Shown here: in pieces, positions 37,499-52,400 of the stretch | How positions within the stretch are numbered: the first letter of the stretch is position 1 | Layout of the letters: every line of letters starts with the position of its first letter | Source of the DNA: Podarcis liolepis | Lineage: Eukaryota | Reading direction: 5' to 3' (one strand) | NCBI GenBank assembly: GCA_965112155.1 | Contig: OZ218104.1 | DNA length: 64,000 bases | The notes under the pieces: model-generated | What the model was told of the DNA's origin: nothing | What the model saw: the letters and a program-made list of their open reading frames with translations, nothing else | Database searches by the model: none | Made by a program: the position numbers and the translations under genes

Positions 37499-39695
37499 TT
37501 TCACATGTATGTGGTCTTACTAAAGCAACAGTCCCAAAGAAGGAACCCAATCCAACCTATGAAGCCTTGTCTCACTTTTTACCTGTACTTTCTGAACTGT
37601 AGGCAAGTTGCTTTGCTCGATTATTACCCAATTCGCAATAGCCTGCTAGCTAAGCCCCCCCCCCCTTACTGAAACACTGGAATTTGCTTCTTAACTTATA
37701 CCAGGTTTTCCTACCGGTTTTTGACTTGCATGGACCTGCATGCTGTTGTTTTGGTTCGTTCAGGAGAAGCAGGACAGAGTTTCAGAAGGGAAATGTAAGA
37801 AGTTCTCAAGAATCTTTGGTTTCAAAGCTAAATGTGTAGGGCAGGTCTCTTGAATTTTGGGGTGGCTTCTCTCAAAGCCCTCCTGTCGTGGGCACCCTCC
37901 GGTAGGCTGTTAGCTGCTGCTGCAGACATAAGAAGGCCATTTGTTTTTGCAGTATGATACAAATAAAGATTTTTATTAAAGAAAATAAAAGTGTAGGAAC
38001 TGGGGGTCTTGTCCCCGGCACATCAGCAAACAGAAGAATCTGTTTAACTTGTACTGTGTTGAGGGAAAATTAGTACCACACATCTTGAAAAGCTTGTATC
38101 CTCTTGTTTCCGTTTCAGCCCCTGCCTGTTCCTGTTCCAGTTAGTACTTCTATTATTTTAGGTTGGAAGTAAGTATATGGAACCAGGCTGCAAAAACCTG
38201 GGGGGGGGGGGGGTACGTTATGACTACAATCCAAATAAAACTTCTCTTGAGAGCATAATGGTCCTCCAAAACTCCTCACTTATCAGAGGGTGAGAGAGTC
38301 TCTGCTTTTGATAAAAAAAATATTGCCTCCCTTGTCTTATGGATAGGACCAGTGGCCAGAATTGAGGTGGACCAAGATTCTGGTGGGTGATGAGAGCAAG
38401 TAAAGTCAAATCTAGTGGTTCATGGATGGATGGAAGACAGAGGACTGTTAGGTAAAGACTCAAGGGTTATTGAGGAGGCACGGACAGGCTCTACCTCTCC
38501 AAGTACTTTGCACACATTCTTTGGCTGCAATAAGTAAAATTCATCCAAGCAAATCTACTACCAGGTGACATTTCTATAATATCCTCAAAAGCCATTTTTA
38601 GACACTTGGTGAAAAGGTTTTGAAAATCCAACAGTGTTGTTTACTGAATCTACAACATACTGAATAATACTATCAAATAATTATTATACACTGCTGGAGT
38701 GAGGTTTCCCATCGAAAGAAGGTTGACTTTCTCCAATAATTGTGTCCTTAATTATTTTTTCTTCTCAATTTAAAGGGATCAAAACAGTAGGGCACCAATG
38801 AGTACAGACGAAGAAAGATGGGACCTTATCCACAGCAATCATCCCCCCCCCCCCAAGATTCTTAACTATTGCATGAACCCAAATCAGTACCACAGAATCA
38901 TAGAATTGTAGAGTTGGAAGGTACCCCAAGGGTCCAAACCCCCACAATGAAGGGATCACAGCTAAATCACAGCCACCATCATGTTGTTTAGGACTAGGCT
39001 GAATTTTTGAATACTGATTTTCACATTTTGCTGCAGATGGGAGACATGAAACTCACCAGTGGTCCCCTGACAATTCTACCCATGTTTAAATTCTTATTAT
39101 GCCCCAGAATGACATTACATCACAACCAACAGTGGGCAGCATAGTAGGGTGGTGCTACTCTCCTGACTTCTAGTCAGTCACATCATTGCTGCTTGCCAGG
39201 AAGCAGAGGGGAGAAAGAGGCAGCAGGGATATTGGTTCAGTGCAAACACACCAGCAGAAGCTCTAGGTTGGCTCCATCACTGCATTTGCGCCACACCAGC
39301 ATTGTCACCACCTCTTCCCTCCTCCCTCTACCATCTGGTAAGCAGCACCAACTCAAAGTCAGGTAATTACAATGCATTATGGGATGGGGGAGGCAGCTGC
39401 CAGCATGATCCTTCAAATTATACCATGCTGTGACATGGCATCATTCCAGATGATAGGAATTTAAACATGCCAGCTAGGAAATGAGTTTTCCAGGTTCTGT
39501 TTGCCATGTTCACTGCCTCTCCCAAAGACAAATTAACAAAAACTTATCCCATTTTTCTTAACTTGCAAATTGCCTTTGATGAGAAACATTTTGCTACAGA
39601 TCAGTTATTATGTATAAAGCACTTACTATTACGAGATATCTTATTCCCAGAAACAAAGAAAAACCTCTGCTCATAATCCAAAATTGACTGATAGG

Positions 39696-40426
39696 CTGGC
39701 GAGAGCAATAAGATCTGATGAAGGTGATAAAGGAATTTGGGTGGGGCAAAAACAATATAAATTGAAAGCCTTTGCTGATGACCTTGTAATAACAGTAGAA
39801 GACCCTTTATCCAGTGCAACTAACAGGGTAGGACACTTCAAGGAATGGCAAAAAGTAATATCTAGATGAAAGCATCCCAACAAAAAGAGAATGGTTGGGG
39901 AAACTTTGCGAGTACCTGGAATTAGCAAAATTGACAGATATAATAAGGAGAAAATCCAAAACTATGGTTATGAAGCAATGGGAGTGTTTAAATGATTATT
40001 TACAAAACCAGGGCTCAACTACAAAAATCTGGCTGTGTTTAGAATAATCTTGTGTGTAATATATTAAAAAAAAAAATACAAAGTGAGACATTAAGGAAAC
40101 CCAAAGGGAAAATATGAAGAACAGAGGCTCTGAAGATTAGAATAAATTTATACTTTATTTAAAAGATCACTGTAAACATTTAAAGACACTGGCAGGAATG
40201 TGAAGATATTTGTAATGTGAAATTTTACTATGTGTTACTTGTGATATATATAATGAATTGGAAAATGTAAAAGATGCAGTAAATTATGGGAAAAGGAAAG
40301 AACCCACGGAGGGAAGGCAGGAAGCCCAAAGGTTCAAAAGAACTTAAAAAATAGAGGTGAAAAATGATCGTTGAAAAGATGTTAAAAATGTGGGAAATTA
40401 ATAAAAAAAATTAGTTAAAAAAAAAA
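39696..40426 (+). mobile_element. L1-clade LINE insertion, 5'-truncated and internally deleted
   Basis: RT motif KLKAFADDLVITVEDP; ORF2 C-terminus DESIPTKREWLGKLCEYLELAKLT...CLE* (39865-40047); AATAAA and A-rich tail; 17-bp perfect TSD caaaattgactgatagg. Confidence 0.88.
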
Positions 40427-43400
40427 CAAAATTGACTGATAGGAGAGGAAGGGCAGGGCTATGAATGGGGAAGGAACTAATCTTTCCAGCTATGATTGAC
40501 ACTGTAGTGCAGAGAAAGGCTCTCTAGATGTTGTTGGACCACAACTCCTATCTTCCCTAGCCATTGACCACGATGGCTGGGACTGATGGGAATTGGAATC
40601 CAACAACAACATCTGAAGGACAAGACATCCCCCATTCTGGGAGTAGGGATGCATCTAAGACCATGGCTAAATTTGTCAAGATACATTTCAGCCCCTAGGG
40701 TGATTTTAGAATGCCATCTGCTCCAAGAAGGTTTGTTTGCCTGAATCACTCTTCACTGTTTTTGACAAGGAGGGACAATTCCAAACAAGGTTGTGCAAGC
40801 TGACCACAATGATGAGGAAAATTGACAAGGGAGATTTATAAACTTCTGACGGAAATTTATAAGCTTCTGACCAAGTCCCACTTAACCGCACTCTGTCTGA
40901 CAATTATTCTGTCAGACAACAAAGGGATATTTTATAACCATGGTTCTGGAGGGTTTCTGTCTGAGAACAATGATAACCATAACTGCGGAACAGGCATTAT
41001 TGTCTTTGCTAAGTAAGTGTTGGCATGAGCATGAAGGTTTCCTCCTTCAGACATCTGTTAATCAAATATTTACCTCTGCCCTTTGATGCGGAAAGATGAC
41101 TAAGAAGTCTACTTGAGCTCTAAGCAACCATTGCACTAAAAATAAAAAGGGGAAGCCTTCATTGGCCAAAAAAGAAAAATGATATTATATAATGCATTAC
41201 AATTATGTCAAGAGTTCCCATTCTAAGACCTCAGTTTCCCCTGGATCTTTAATGTTATAAAACAGCTCTTCAGCCCAGTGTTTGGCTTTGTTTTTGAATG
41301 CCCTGAACATGGTGCTTATCTACACAGTCCAACAATATGTTTTATCAGTTAATTAATGCAAACTAGGCTTCATATTGAAATGACTTATGTGCTCATAAAT
41401 GCTGATTCCAAGAGGAAACCCTGACAGCAGTGAGGCCTGGGGTTATATTGTATGTTATCTCGATTATAGTATATTTATTTTAATGAAAACATATGGTATG
41501 AGTCATTGTGTGTGCATATTATGTGCGTGTGAGAAAGAGTTGTGTCAGTCTGTGATCTATAGCAATTTCATGTGAATTAGCTGGCTAGCCAGCTGACCTA
41601 TAGGAGCAACATGTAACCTAGCTGTAAGATCATCTACTGAGAAGCATTTTGTGGAGAGCAGTGGTAACGGGTGCCCATTGGTACTGGTGGGGCAGAAGGC
41701 AGGGAGCCCAATGGCAGCTAGAGTCAGGGCCAATAAAAGCAGATCCAACTAAATATAGTTTTGTTTTTATCCTTCTCCCTGCTGAGTTCTACAAGGGCAA
41801 TGCTGAGATGAAGGAGGAAAAGCGTATCAGGCAAACAAATTTTGTTGGAGCTGATGAAGTTTTGGAATAACATTGGGGGCTAAAAAGTACCTGGACAAAT
41901 TTAGTCACGGTCTTGGATGCGGCCCTACTCCAGGTTTGGCCCTTGAGATGTTGCTGCCCACTCCTAGTGTATTTGAGGAACTGTCTGGTCTGAATCTGCT
42001 TTAAAGAAAACCCTAAGAATGAAGAGAAAGGTCTGGAAATTGCCCATCAACCATTAGCAGCTAGTAAGAAGAAGGATCTCCTGGTCAGTCTTCCTTGCTT
42101 TGTAGGAAATTAACCATTACTTATATATTTGCACCTATAGCTATAGATATGAATTAGCATATGTATTTTATGCAATTGTGTCTTCTTCTTTTGTGATGTT
42201 GTTCCTCATTTTTTGCACCACTTAAGTGGGCACTTTAACCCCTACTGTCCTTGCTCCTGACCTCCTCATATTTACTAAAGGCTCTGAAAAGTCTAGATGT
42301 GCACATCTCTGTAGATATGGCTGGAGGAATTGACTTTTGCTGGATTTCCAAGCATGTCAACTTGGAATGTACCACTTAAATGTGTCTTATAGCCAGATCT
42401 TGGGGCAAATCCATGATATCAGAAAAAAGAAAACTACTTCCATTTCCTACACCCACACCAAGTATTCACTATCCATACTTTCTGACAGTCTGTACATACC
42501 TTGTTTTTATCTTACAAAGGGGGAAATTGCAGGCAAAAGTTTTACCACTTCTTCATTAAAACTTTGGCAAGGCTTCCTTCACAGGCAAGATCTGGATCCC
42601 TGAATTAAAAGTCTGTTCACTCATCTACATCTAAACCTTTTTATGGCAATAGTGCAATAGCTCCTTGCTGGGGGGTGTTTAAAATCAAATTCTGATTTAA
42701 AAAAAATATATATTAAAAAAACCTAGAAGAATGAAATTCACTCATATTCACTCTTGTTGATTTTTTTGAACAAGGTTGCAGTCAAACCAGGAAGAATAAT
42801 TCTGTTTTCTTTATGTCTTAAGAGAACAAAATCAAAAGTGAGATTTATTGGGAGAAATAAAAAATAGGTAGCTCTTGCGAACAAAGCGGGAGTGCTGAAA
42901 TTCCAAATCAGCCACAGCATTCAGGGAAGACCGTTGGGAGCCATAGATCTCTAATACAATTCTGTTGCTGCAGCTTCATTGCGTATTATCCTATTCTTTC
43001 TCTCCAGTGTCCACCCACCAATTAACACATAAAACAATGTTTAACATTAAGGTTGGTTTTTGAGGTTTTTTAAAAGCCAGATGGCTCTCAGAGTAACAAA
43101 AATGTAAAAAAAAGAACATTTACAGCACTGATTTAATGCTGTGAGCCAAATTCACAAAATGGCTTTTGAGCGGTACATACTCCAAGGAAGGTGAACATTC
43201 GGTTGCTAGGCAATAAACTTTTCGAGAGCGATGTTTAACAGATTCCTGCATTCCAGGGGGGAAACCTGCAGCTTTTATCAAAACCTTCATAGTCAATAGA
43301 TTAGGGGGTGAACGAATATTATTTCTGAGAGCATCATAATGATTTCAACCTTATTAGTAGATGACAGAAACAAGCCAGCAGTAAATCACACTGAGCAATT

Positions 43401-46400
43401 TGGAGTTAACCCTTCATTAGCAAAAACAAGGTCTGCACAGGAGTGTCAGGCCTCATCTCAAGCAGCTCTTGCCCCCATGAAGCAATTGCTTAGCCTAAAG
43501 GTCCCCACCACTGCCTATGTCTCCTCCACTCCAGGGCTTTCTCCAAGCATGATTTTGTGCGCACTCTTCCCTATGATATATATTTCGGCACGGAAGAACT
43601 TCATTGCAGAAATTTGGAGAAAGCATGGACTTTTGGAGGAAAGCTGCATTTCAGTTCAGGAAGCGTGAGCATTAAAATGCAAACCATTTCCCCCCCTATC
43701 CTTCCCATGAAATGCTACTGCTTGTCAAAGGCAAAAGATTCCTATCATTTTTTGCTGTAGACGGTAACCCTCATGGGATATTGAGGGTCATGGGAATTCT
43801 AAGCCTGGTGGTAGAGCTGAATTCGGCTTTGACCATGGTGTCAAACAGTTGGCTGCAGGATTCCCTTAATAAAGCATGGCCCTTTTTAAAGGAATAGGCC
43901 CTTTATAAAGCTTTCCTTGCTGTGGACAGGTGACAGCTGTGTTGCAAAGACTCTTCTTGAGGTTGAGTGAGGGGACACATGGGAACCTCTATTTGACGTT
44001 TTTAAAACGTTCCCCCCCCCCCTTGCCCTTGCATAGGGGAGTATGAAGTGAACAGCTGCTCAGATCAGGCTGCTGCATTCAAAGCGCTCAACATCTTTCC
44101 CATAAGAGCAAATGCATTTTAGAACATTATGAGTGTGCTTCTCTGGAGGGGATGAAACTGCTCTCCTGCTGCCAAACCTCAGAAATATTACTGAAAAGAC
44201 AGATGATTTGCAAATCGCAACTGCTTTGGTTTGTGTGGTAGTTTCATTCCATTCTCTCTCTCCTCCACATCTTTCACTGCCTTATGAGTGAATGGATTAA
44301 TTACAAGCACATAGACGGCAGTGGTTCTGTTAGCCGCAGGAGTGAACCACACTGCTGCTGCTTTTAAAAATGTTCACAATATTTTGCAAAGGTAATGCCT
44401 CTTACCTTCCCACCATATCCCCTTTGAAAGCTTTGCCCTTGCTTCTTATTGCCTCATGACATCGGGCCTCTGAATTCCAGCTCAATTCATTTCTTCCATA
44501 GTTTATTCTTTGAAAAAGTGACCATGCTGGGCAAAGAACCAAGGAGAGAACTGCAACATCCTGACAGTTCTGTCAGCTTGGCTTAGACAAAATCTATGTT
44601 TTCATGGCTCCCCATTTAACCCTCCCATTTAAATGGTGTGGAAACTGAGACTCCTTCTCCAGCACATCTCCTTCATTATGAGGTTGTGTTGTTGTTGGAA
44701 TCCACTAGATACAAGGAAGAGAAACACACACATGCACACATTTGTTTGTGGTCCAGAAATAACACTAGCACCACCCACTCTTGCTACTGGTTTCCTTAGA
44801 AGGAAAGACCCAAAACTGCATGCTGAACTCAAGGCTGCAGCATCTGTTTCCTCGCATTCATACCCTTGTCAAATATAGCTAATGAGAGTAAGCCACTTAA
44901 GCTATTCTAGTACAGAATTGGAGTGCATGCCTCAAACCTTTTTAGTCATAAGCATGGTTTCATAATATGATCTCTCAGCCACCATACAAAGATGTTCTGA
45001 TTGGAAAAGACTGCCAGTCAGTGGCAAGATGGACCACTGACTGGTCTGACTCAGTGTAAAGCTTCAAATAGTGAATGAAGGGATGGCTATCTTTTGGCCC
45101 TGCAGATATTGCTGGACTAACAATATTATGCCTGACAATATTATGTTCTCATCTTATTAATTGGTCATGAAACTGGGACTGATGGGGGTTGAAGTCCAAC
45201 ATCTTGATTGCCACCAACAGGAATGTAAGAAGACACTGATCTCTGTTCTAACCTATTCATCACAATCAGCACTGTTTGCATTCCACTGCAGTTCAGCTTC
45301 TGCCAAATACTACATTATTCATCTCACTGTCCATTATTTAATGTATGTTATGTGACTATTTCCATAGCATACATAAGCCACATTCATTTTAATGTAAAAC
45401 AGGACTGTTTTGACAAATGTGTAGAGAACTTGTTCACATTCCTAGAGTCAGGTCAGAAAAACACGGTGCATGGATTGCAATCCAAACATTGACAATGTAT
45501 TTAGGAAAAGTATAAAACACACAAGAAGGCAGGGCATTGCTAGTGGTGATTATCCAGTTGGTATTGGAGTAAACTTTTGTTGTGTTCCCTTTTCAACCAC
45601 ACCACAAAACTGCAAGTTATGTCAGGGTGTTCAGTTTCTTCATCACAAAATACTCTAAAATAATTCTGTTGAGCTCATCTCAGCAAGCCTCATTATCTGT
45701 CCGCATTTTAATCTTTATTGCTTTTTGGAATACATCACAGTTAACCTTCTCCATCAAAAATATACACAAAAGAATATACTGAAATGTCGGAAATAAAGTA
45801 AAGATATATAATGAAGTATTGAGACTTCACCCCAACATGGGTCCTCTACTTTCTAAGTTAACTGCATATTAAATAGTATCTAGTTGATATTTATCCATAG
45901 CAAGCCTCATTATCTGAGGATGTTGGTGATCAGTGTCTTAAAAAAAAAAAGTGCCAATACTCACCATGAAGTTGTTACAGTAAGTGCCACATTTTTAACA
46001 TGTGGGCGGGAGGTGCCAGTCCTGTGTATGCTTAAGTACCCCCAGACAAAAAAGCACTGGTGGTGATGCTGATGATGACATTATCAATAATATTGGGTGG
46101 TGCCCTTTCACCATTCATGACTTGTGGGCAGATGGTTACTTGATAAGTAATTATCTGGCTCATTGATTTTTGAATAGAAACAATCAGGAAACATCTGTAG
46201 TATTGGAAGTTACATTAGATACCTATGTAAGAGACCATTTACACTATTGTTAGACTAGAGGTCAGCAATAATGTTAGATTCCACCACTATAATTTAGTGG
46301 GATGGTAAAGATATAGCAGATTGCAAATAGCCATGGACTAGGAAATATAAATGTCCCATTGAATAGCAGCTGGGACAAAAGCCTATGGCAAACTACATCT

Positions 46401-49400
46401 CTACTGGGGTGACAAGTGCTGCAGGTGACAGCAAAGTGTTGAATAGCACATCTGGGTGTGCCACAGAGCTCGCTCTGCACCTCTCATGTCTTTGTGTGAA
46501 ATGGAGCTTCACTCTTTTGTCCATCTCAGGCAGCAAAATTTCTGAGGCCAATTCAGTGCATATAGTGCATACTTAACATATAAAATTCACAATTGCAATA
46601 AATGGCAACAGCCAACAGATATCATTAAGAAAATATTAGACAATTTCATGAAATATATGATAGATAAAAAGGCTTGTGTTCAGAGTCAGTATACCACTGA
46701 AAACCATATGCTGGCATCATGCTGTCCTCTGTTGGAGGCAGAATACTAGACTAGATCAAACTTGGTATGATCCAGCAAGCCAGTTGCTACAAGTACCAAA
46801 ACACTATTTGTACTGCAGGAGCAGAGTCCACTAAAAAAATAATCTGATCCTCTTAATTAGAGATGAGCAGTGTAGAAATACACTGAGTCAGCATATCTTG
46901 TAACTGCACTGTGCTTCACGCTTTAAATCAAAACTGATCTTTCCCCCCCTCCCTTTCAGTCCCTGACAAAGAATTCGCTGCTGCCTTTTAAGTGGATTGG
47001 ATTTCAATTCTTCCAAATAATCCTTTAGAGAGATGCCCTTTGGAAAAACAAGGAAAGTAGATTTCAGTTTGCAATGAAAAACCCATTATTTCAGCTAATA
47101 CAAAACACTTGTTAAAGCAAAGATGAGCCCATGGTGGAAATGTGATTTTCAAATTAACTAGAATAAGTGTATTGTGCAATGAAATAACCTCCCAACAGAG
47201 AGGATACATTTTTACAACATATTCCTGTCATTTCTTGTTTTCTAGAATGCAGAAGCATATGTTCCATCACTGCACGAATGCCATTTTTCTGGCACGACCA
47301 CTACGTCAAACAGCCCAAATGCTGATGTAGCGGATTGAAGCTACCTTGAACTAGAGGAACAACATTCTCTCCCCACTTAGCCTATTTCAAAACATTTATC
47401 TTTTACTTACATCTTGCTAGCTTAAAAAATTCACATGCTTAGGTAATAGATTCATCACACCAAAGCAGTGGTTTTCATACTGTGTTCCACAGAATCGTGA
47501 GTGTAGGCCTGGGATAAGGAACCTGCGACTCTCTAGATGTTGTTCGATTCCAGCCCTCGTTAGCCCTATTCACAATGACAAATGGTCAGGGATGATGGGA
47601 ATTGTAGTCCAACAATACCTAGAGGGACACAGGTTCCCCTATCCCTGGTGTAGACAATACTGAGCTAGAAAGTAGTATAAAGCAGCTTCCAATTTTCCTA
47701 TCTATCTTGTAACAAAATGTTGACAGCCCTCCTAAGACAATCTAATGTTATAGTGATAGTAGAATGAGTATTTGACAATGGAAAGATAAACAAGAGTCCC
47801 ATTATCAATGTCCTGATACCATCAGCAAAGCAGCCACTTAGCTCTTCTACCCAGTTGTGATTCTTTTCTGTCTGAGTGTCCATTAGCCTTGCCATTCATA
47901 GCACTTGAAGACTCTGTCTGAACAATGCATGCTATTCCAAGTAACCATATTGTAATGGAGGTGGTAGTGATAGAGAGAAACTGCCTAGCAATCATGGCAG
48001 TTCAACATTGTCCTTTTAATGTCTCAAGTGATTCTTGAAGCTTTCAATGAAGGCTATTCCTGCCTCCTCCCTGAACTGCCTTTTGATGAGTCATCTGTTT
48101 ATCTGGACCCTTCAGTTGCAGCTTATAGACCTCATGACCCTTGTCAGGAATGCACAGGGTCTGAGCTGTGAAACCAGGCAGAAACATATGCATCAGAGCA
48201 AGTGAGAATGAAACAGGCCCTGTTCACACAGACACTGGCTTCAGTTAAACATGCACTAAATGTGATTTGATTCCTGGGAATTAAAGGGGGAATCACCAGC
48301 AGTGAAGTCATGTGACAACTGCCCATTCATACTTCCATATTCATTACTTGATGACTGTGGCCTCAAAAGAGGTGCCTTATCATGTGAATGAGCCATCTCA
48401 CGTAGAACAATCCTGTCAAATGCATCACTGTGCTCACACATTCAACTGCAAGTCATCAAGTGCTCCCTAATATTTAGTTGGAATCCCCTTTCCTGTAATT
48501 TGAACACATTGGTTTGGATCCTTTGGAGCAACAATAAACAAACTTGTTCCATCATCTATTTGGTGGCTCTTAAAATCTTTGAAAATGGCCATTGTGTCAC
48601 CTCCTAATTGCCTCTTTTACAGGTGATGCCACAGACAGAATCTACAATCTTTTACGTGCAAAGCATGTATGTTTATCACTGAGTCATTGAGTTATGTTAC
48701 CTCCCCTCCATGCCTTCCTGATAGGCTCTGTTGTGGGCAAAGTTTTCAGCTCAGTTTATACTTACCATGCACCATCTAGCTGATGAGCAAAATAACACAC
48801 ATTCCCAAATACAATGCGAAATTAAGCCTATTCTTTATGGCTGTGGTGTTCATCAAATCATTACTTAAAACAATCGAAGTGAAGCATACTGGTCCACTAA
48901 AAAGTCCATTGCAATTCATTCTGATTGTAACCCATCTTCGGCTCCCTATTGCTATTGCCGCTATCCATTTACTTCTCTGTCTTTCTGGATCCAATACCAG
49001 TAGGGATCAGCAGAGTGGGGCAAGGGCACATACTTGACCTCCTTGTCAACAGTGTCACTGTCACTTACCAGGAAGGAGAGGGAGTGGGAAAGCCAATCTT
49101 GCACTTCTGTCCTTTTCTAAATTTCCCATTACATTTCAATATTCTTTGGAATGAATAACAACAACAGACACTATGTTCTTTCAAAATATGATTTTGGTTT
49201 AAAATATGACAATATATTTGTTGGTGAGATCTAGGCTATCCGTTTTAGCCAAAAGTTGCTGTTTTGTGTTTAAATTCTCCCCCCGTGCACTCTACATCCC
49301 GAGGACACATTTCAAAGATTTAATGTTCCTTCCTTCTCAGTGCGGTATTTTAAAGCTGAGTCTGTCTTACTAACACCACAAAGATGTAAACACTCTGGAT

Positions 49401-52400
49401 AAAGAAATAAAAGAGTGCAAGACCATCAAGGATGGGATTTCTCCCACAAGGTCTATAAAGTGGCTTTGGGTGTTGCAATGTTGAAAGCATTCTTCTCTTT
49501 GGATTGTCAAACTTGTTCTAACAAGGACCTGAAACGCATGCTAAGTGTTTACTGTACACCATGTGCCCATAGAAAACCACACTGTATGCAGTGGACTTAT
49601 ATAAAACCCCAACATCAGATATTTTGCAACAGAAAATGTAGATGGCATCACTCCATGCTTATCATCAGTAATCATATCGCAAGAGGAGAAGATTGGGGTT
49701 GACTCCTTACCTTTTGTAATGACCTCTGTCATTTCCTAGCCCTGGTTCCAGACCCCCGAGCCCTTGGAGGGCAAACCAGGCATTCCACAGATCTAGACTT
49801 TGAGGAGCAAGCAGGGTCTCTAGGAACTAGTGCTGAGGATCTCCTGGAGGAGGAGTCCTTTGGCGGGACACCTGCTGAAGTATCCTTGGCTGGGCTAGCC
49901 GTATTTGAAAATCTCCCAAACGTCACTTCTGCCTTTGAAATCCTGGGGCAATCCATCATGTATGGCAGCCCTGCCTTTGGCGATGTCAGAGGAGGAGTTG
50001 CCCCTCAGTCTTCAAGACTGCCAATGCCAAAAGGCCCAGGCTCAGGCCAAAGCTAAGGAGTGGTGAGGTGGGCCCCCGCCAGGGGCACAGATGATTGGGA
50101 GGTGCAAAATCAGATGAAAATATGTCCCTCATAAAAAATGGTTTTAAATAGAGGGTGAATTGAATAGGAGGGGGTTGGAGGAGAGGCAGAAAGAAGAGCT
50201 AATTTGTCTGTGGCTAGGAGACACAATCTGGACGGTTCTGCCAGGGGCGCAAGATCACCTAGCTATGGCTCTGGGCTCAGGCCAAAGAGCAGAAAAAGTT
50301 TGGATACAAACCACTGTTTTTTTAACTTCATGTACTGAAAATGTTAACAACCAGATCCTGGCAAACCTTTGCACAAATTAAGGCCCAAATGAGGGATGAC
50401 CCAGCTTTATCCCTACCCTGGAAGGGCATCCAATTTACAAAGTATCTTTAAGATCATGGTTTGGAACATGTCATGTGTCTGATTTATTTTTAATGATGCT
50501 GTTCAGAGATTTATTTGACCTAGTAGCATCTGCTACATGTCTAATATAAAGCAAAAAAGGAACAACAACAACAAAAACCAAGCCACCCAAACACTTTAAT
50601 TTAAAGATGATGGTTCATGGGCGTAATAGTAACTAATGACATATGTCTGACATATCCATTGTGCTGTGTGTGAGGGGGGGGAGGGAAAGGGGGGAGGGAG
50701 ACCCAAGGATTGTATTTTATTTTTATTTAAACTGCCATTGTGGATTAAATTTTGTTCACTCAAACAGTCTTAAGATTTATATAGACATTTAGAGCTGTAC
50801 TGAATATTCTTCAGTTCCATCTTGGAATAGAAAATAGCGATTCCTGTGGGAAATGATTTCTCCCTGCTTCTGGAAAACACTTAAGTGTGTGTGAATATTT
50901 GCTTTTCATTCAGTACCATTGCATCCCCTGACTTCTGCCACGTCCCCCTTCTAATATTAGTCAATCAGGGATCAAACACTGGATATTATCTCAATGCTAT
51001 ATACCATAGCTAGTCAGATTTGACTACATTGTTATAACATGGTAGACAAGTGCGGGCAACATAAGTGAAGAAGAAACTATTTTACAAGAGAACATTTTCA
51101 AAAAGTGAAGGGTTTTCTGCACCTTTAAAAAGTGTCCTTGAAAAAATAGAAACTTTTTTGTTCAGCTCTGTACCAGTAGTTAACTGCTCAGATTCCCCAC
51201 CTTCCAGATAGCTGAAAATCTGAATCCAAAGAAATGCTCTTAAATAATGAGCAGTCACTGGAATGCCCTATCCAGGCCCTTTCCAAATGTATGCTAAATA
51301 AATGTAGAAGGGGAGTCATTGGCCTTCTTGACATTCACGTGTAGGCAGCATGTCACATGAACACACAAAGGTCAAAGAAGTGGGCCCAGTGATGCATGAG
51401 GTATTAGTAACAGGGCCAGTAGCACAGCACCACTTTCTCCCTCTTCATGTGTTCAGCATGTATATGGAAAATATTTGAACCCAGCTCCAGTTTGAGCCCA
51501 AGCAGTAAGAGGTAAAGTGAAAATCCATTAGAGGGATAGCAAAGACCAGGTTTTAACTTAACAGTTTGAAAAGTTTAAGGTGATCCTTTGGGAGTCATTA
51601 TTATTAGACCCTAACATACTTAGCCTCCTGATTAATCCACCCATTTTTCTTCTCTCAGACTTTTAGACTACAAATGATCAAAAGTTGTTCAGACCATACT
51701 GACCAGTCCCACTGTGTCTCATTGACAAGACTAATCCTGTCAAGTACACTTTAGCTGATTTACCAAGGCAATCCCTATGAAACCCCCAAGTTATATTTTC
51801 CCATCAATATCAGTGACATGATTACATCTTTTCTGGCACTTACCAGGTTATCATTCCTGAAATGTCTGCCATACTTTCCCACAACAAAGACAATTGACAA
51901 AGAAATCCACCACCCCCCTCTACACACACATATGCACCCACACACTGTTCGATGAGTACGGATTCTCCTACATCTTTTAAAGTTAGCTTATCCACTAAAG
52001 CTGTAATTAGTTCTTAGAGTATTATGTTTTTCCCTCTCTGATCCCAGCTTAAAGCCAAATCTAGGCAATAGGACCAGCCACATGGAAAATCCTGTACCCA
52101 TTAAACTAAACAGTAACAAAAATCCACACCCTAAAGGAAAATGAAGTTCAACAAGCTAAAATTATTAACCCATACACAAACACAGACTCACAAATCTTAA
52201 TAGATTTTTTCTAGCTTCAAATCAATTTGCATGGCAAGCAACCTAATTTGCTGAACTCCATTTTTTATTTGGAAGCTTAAATTTATATATCTTGCCTTTC
52301 CACCAAATGGTACTCAAGGCAGCTAACAATAATAGTATCAATAAAATAAAATATAATGAAGTGGCACCAGTTAAAACCAATTGCAACTGATTTGGGGCTG

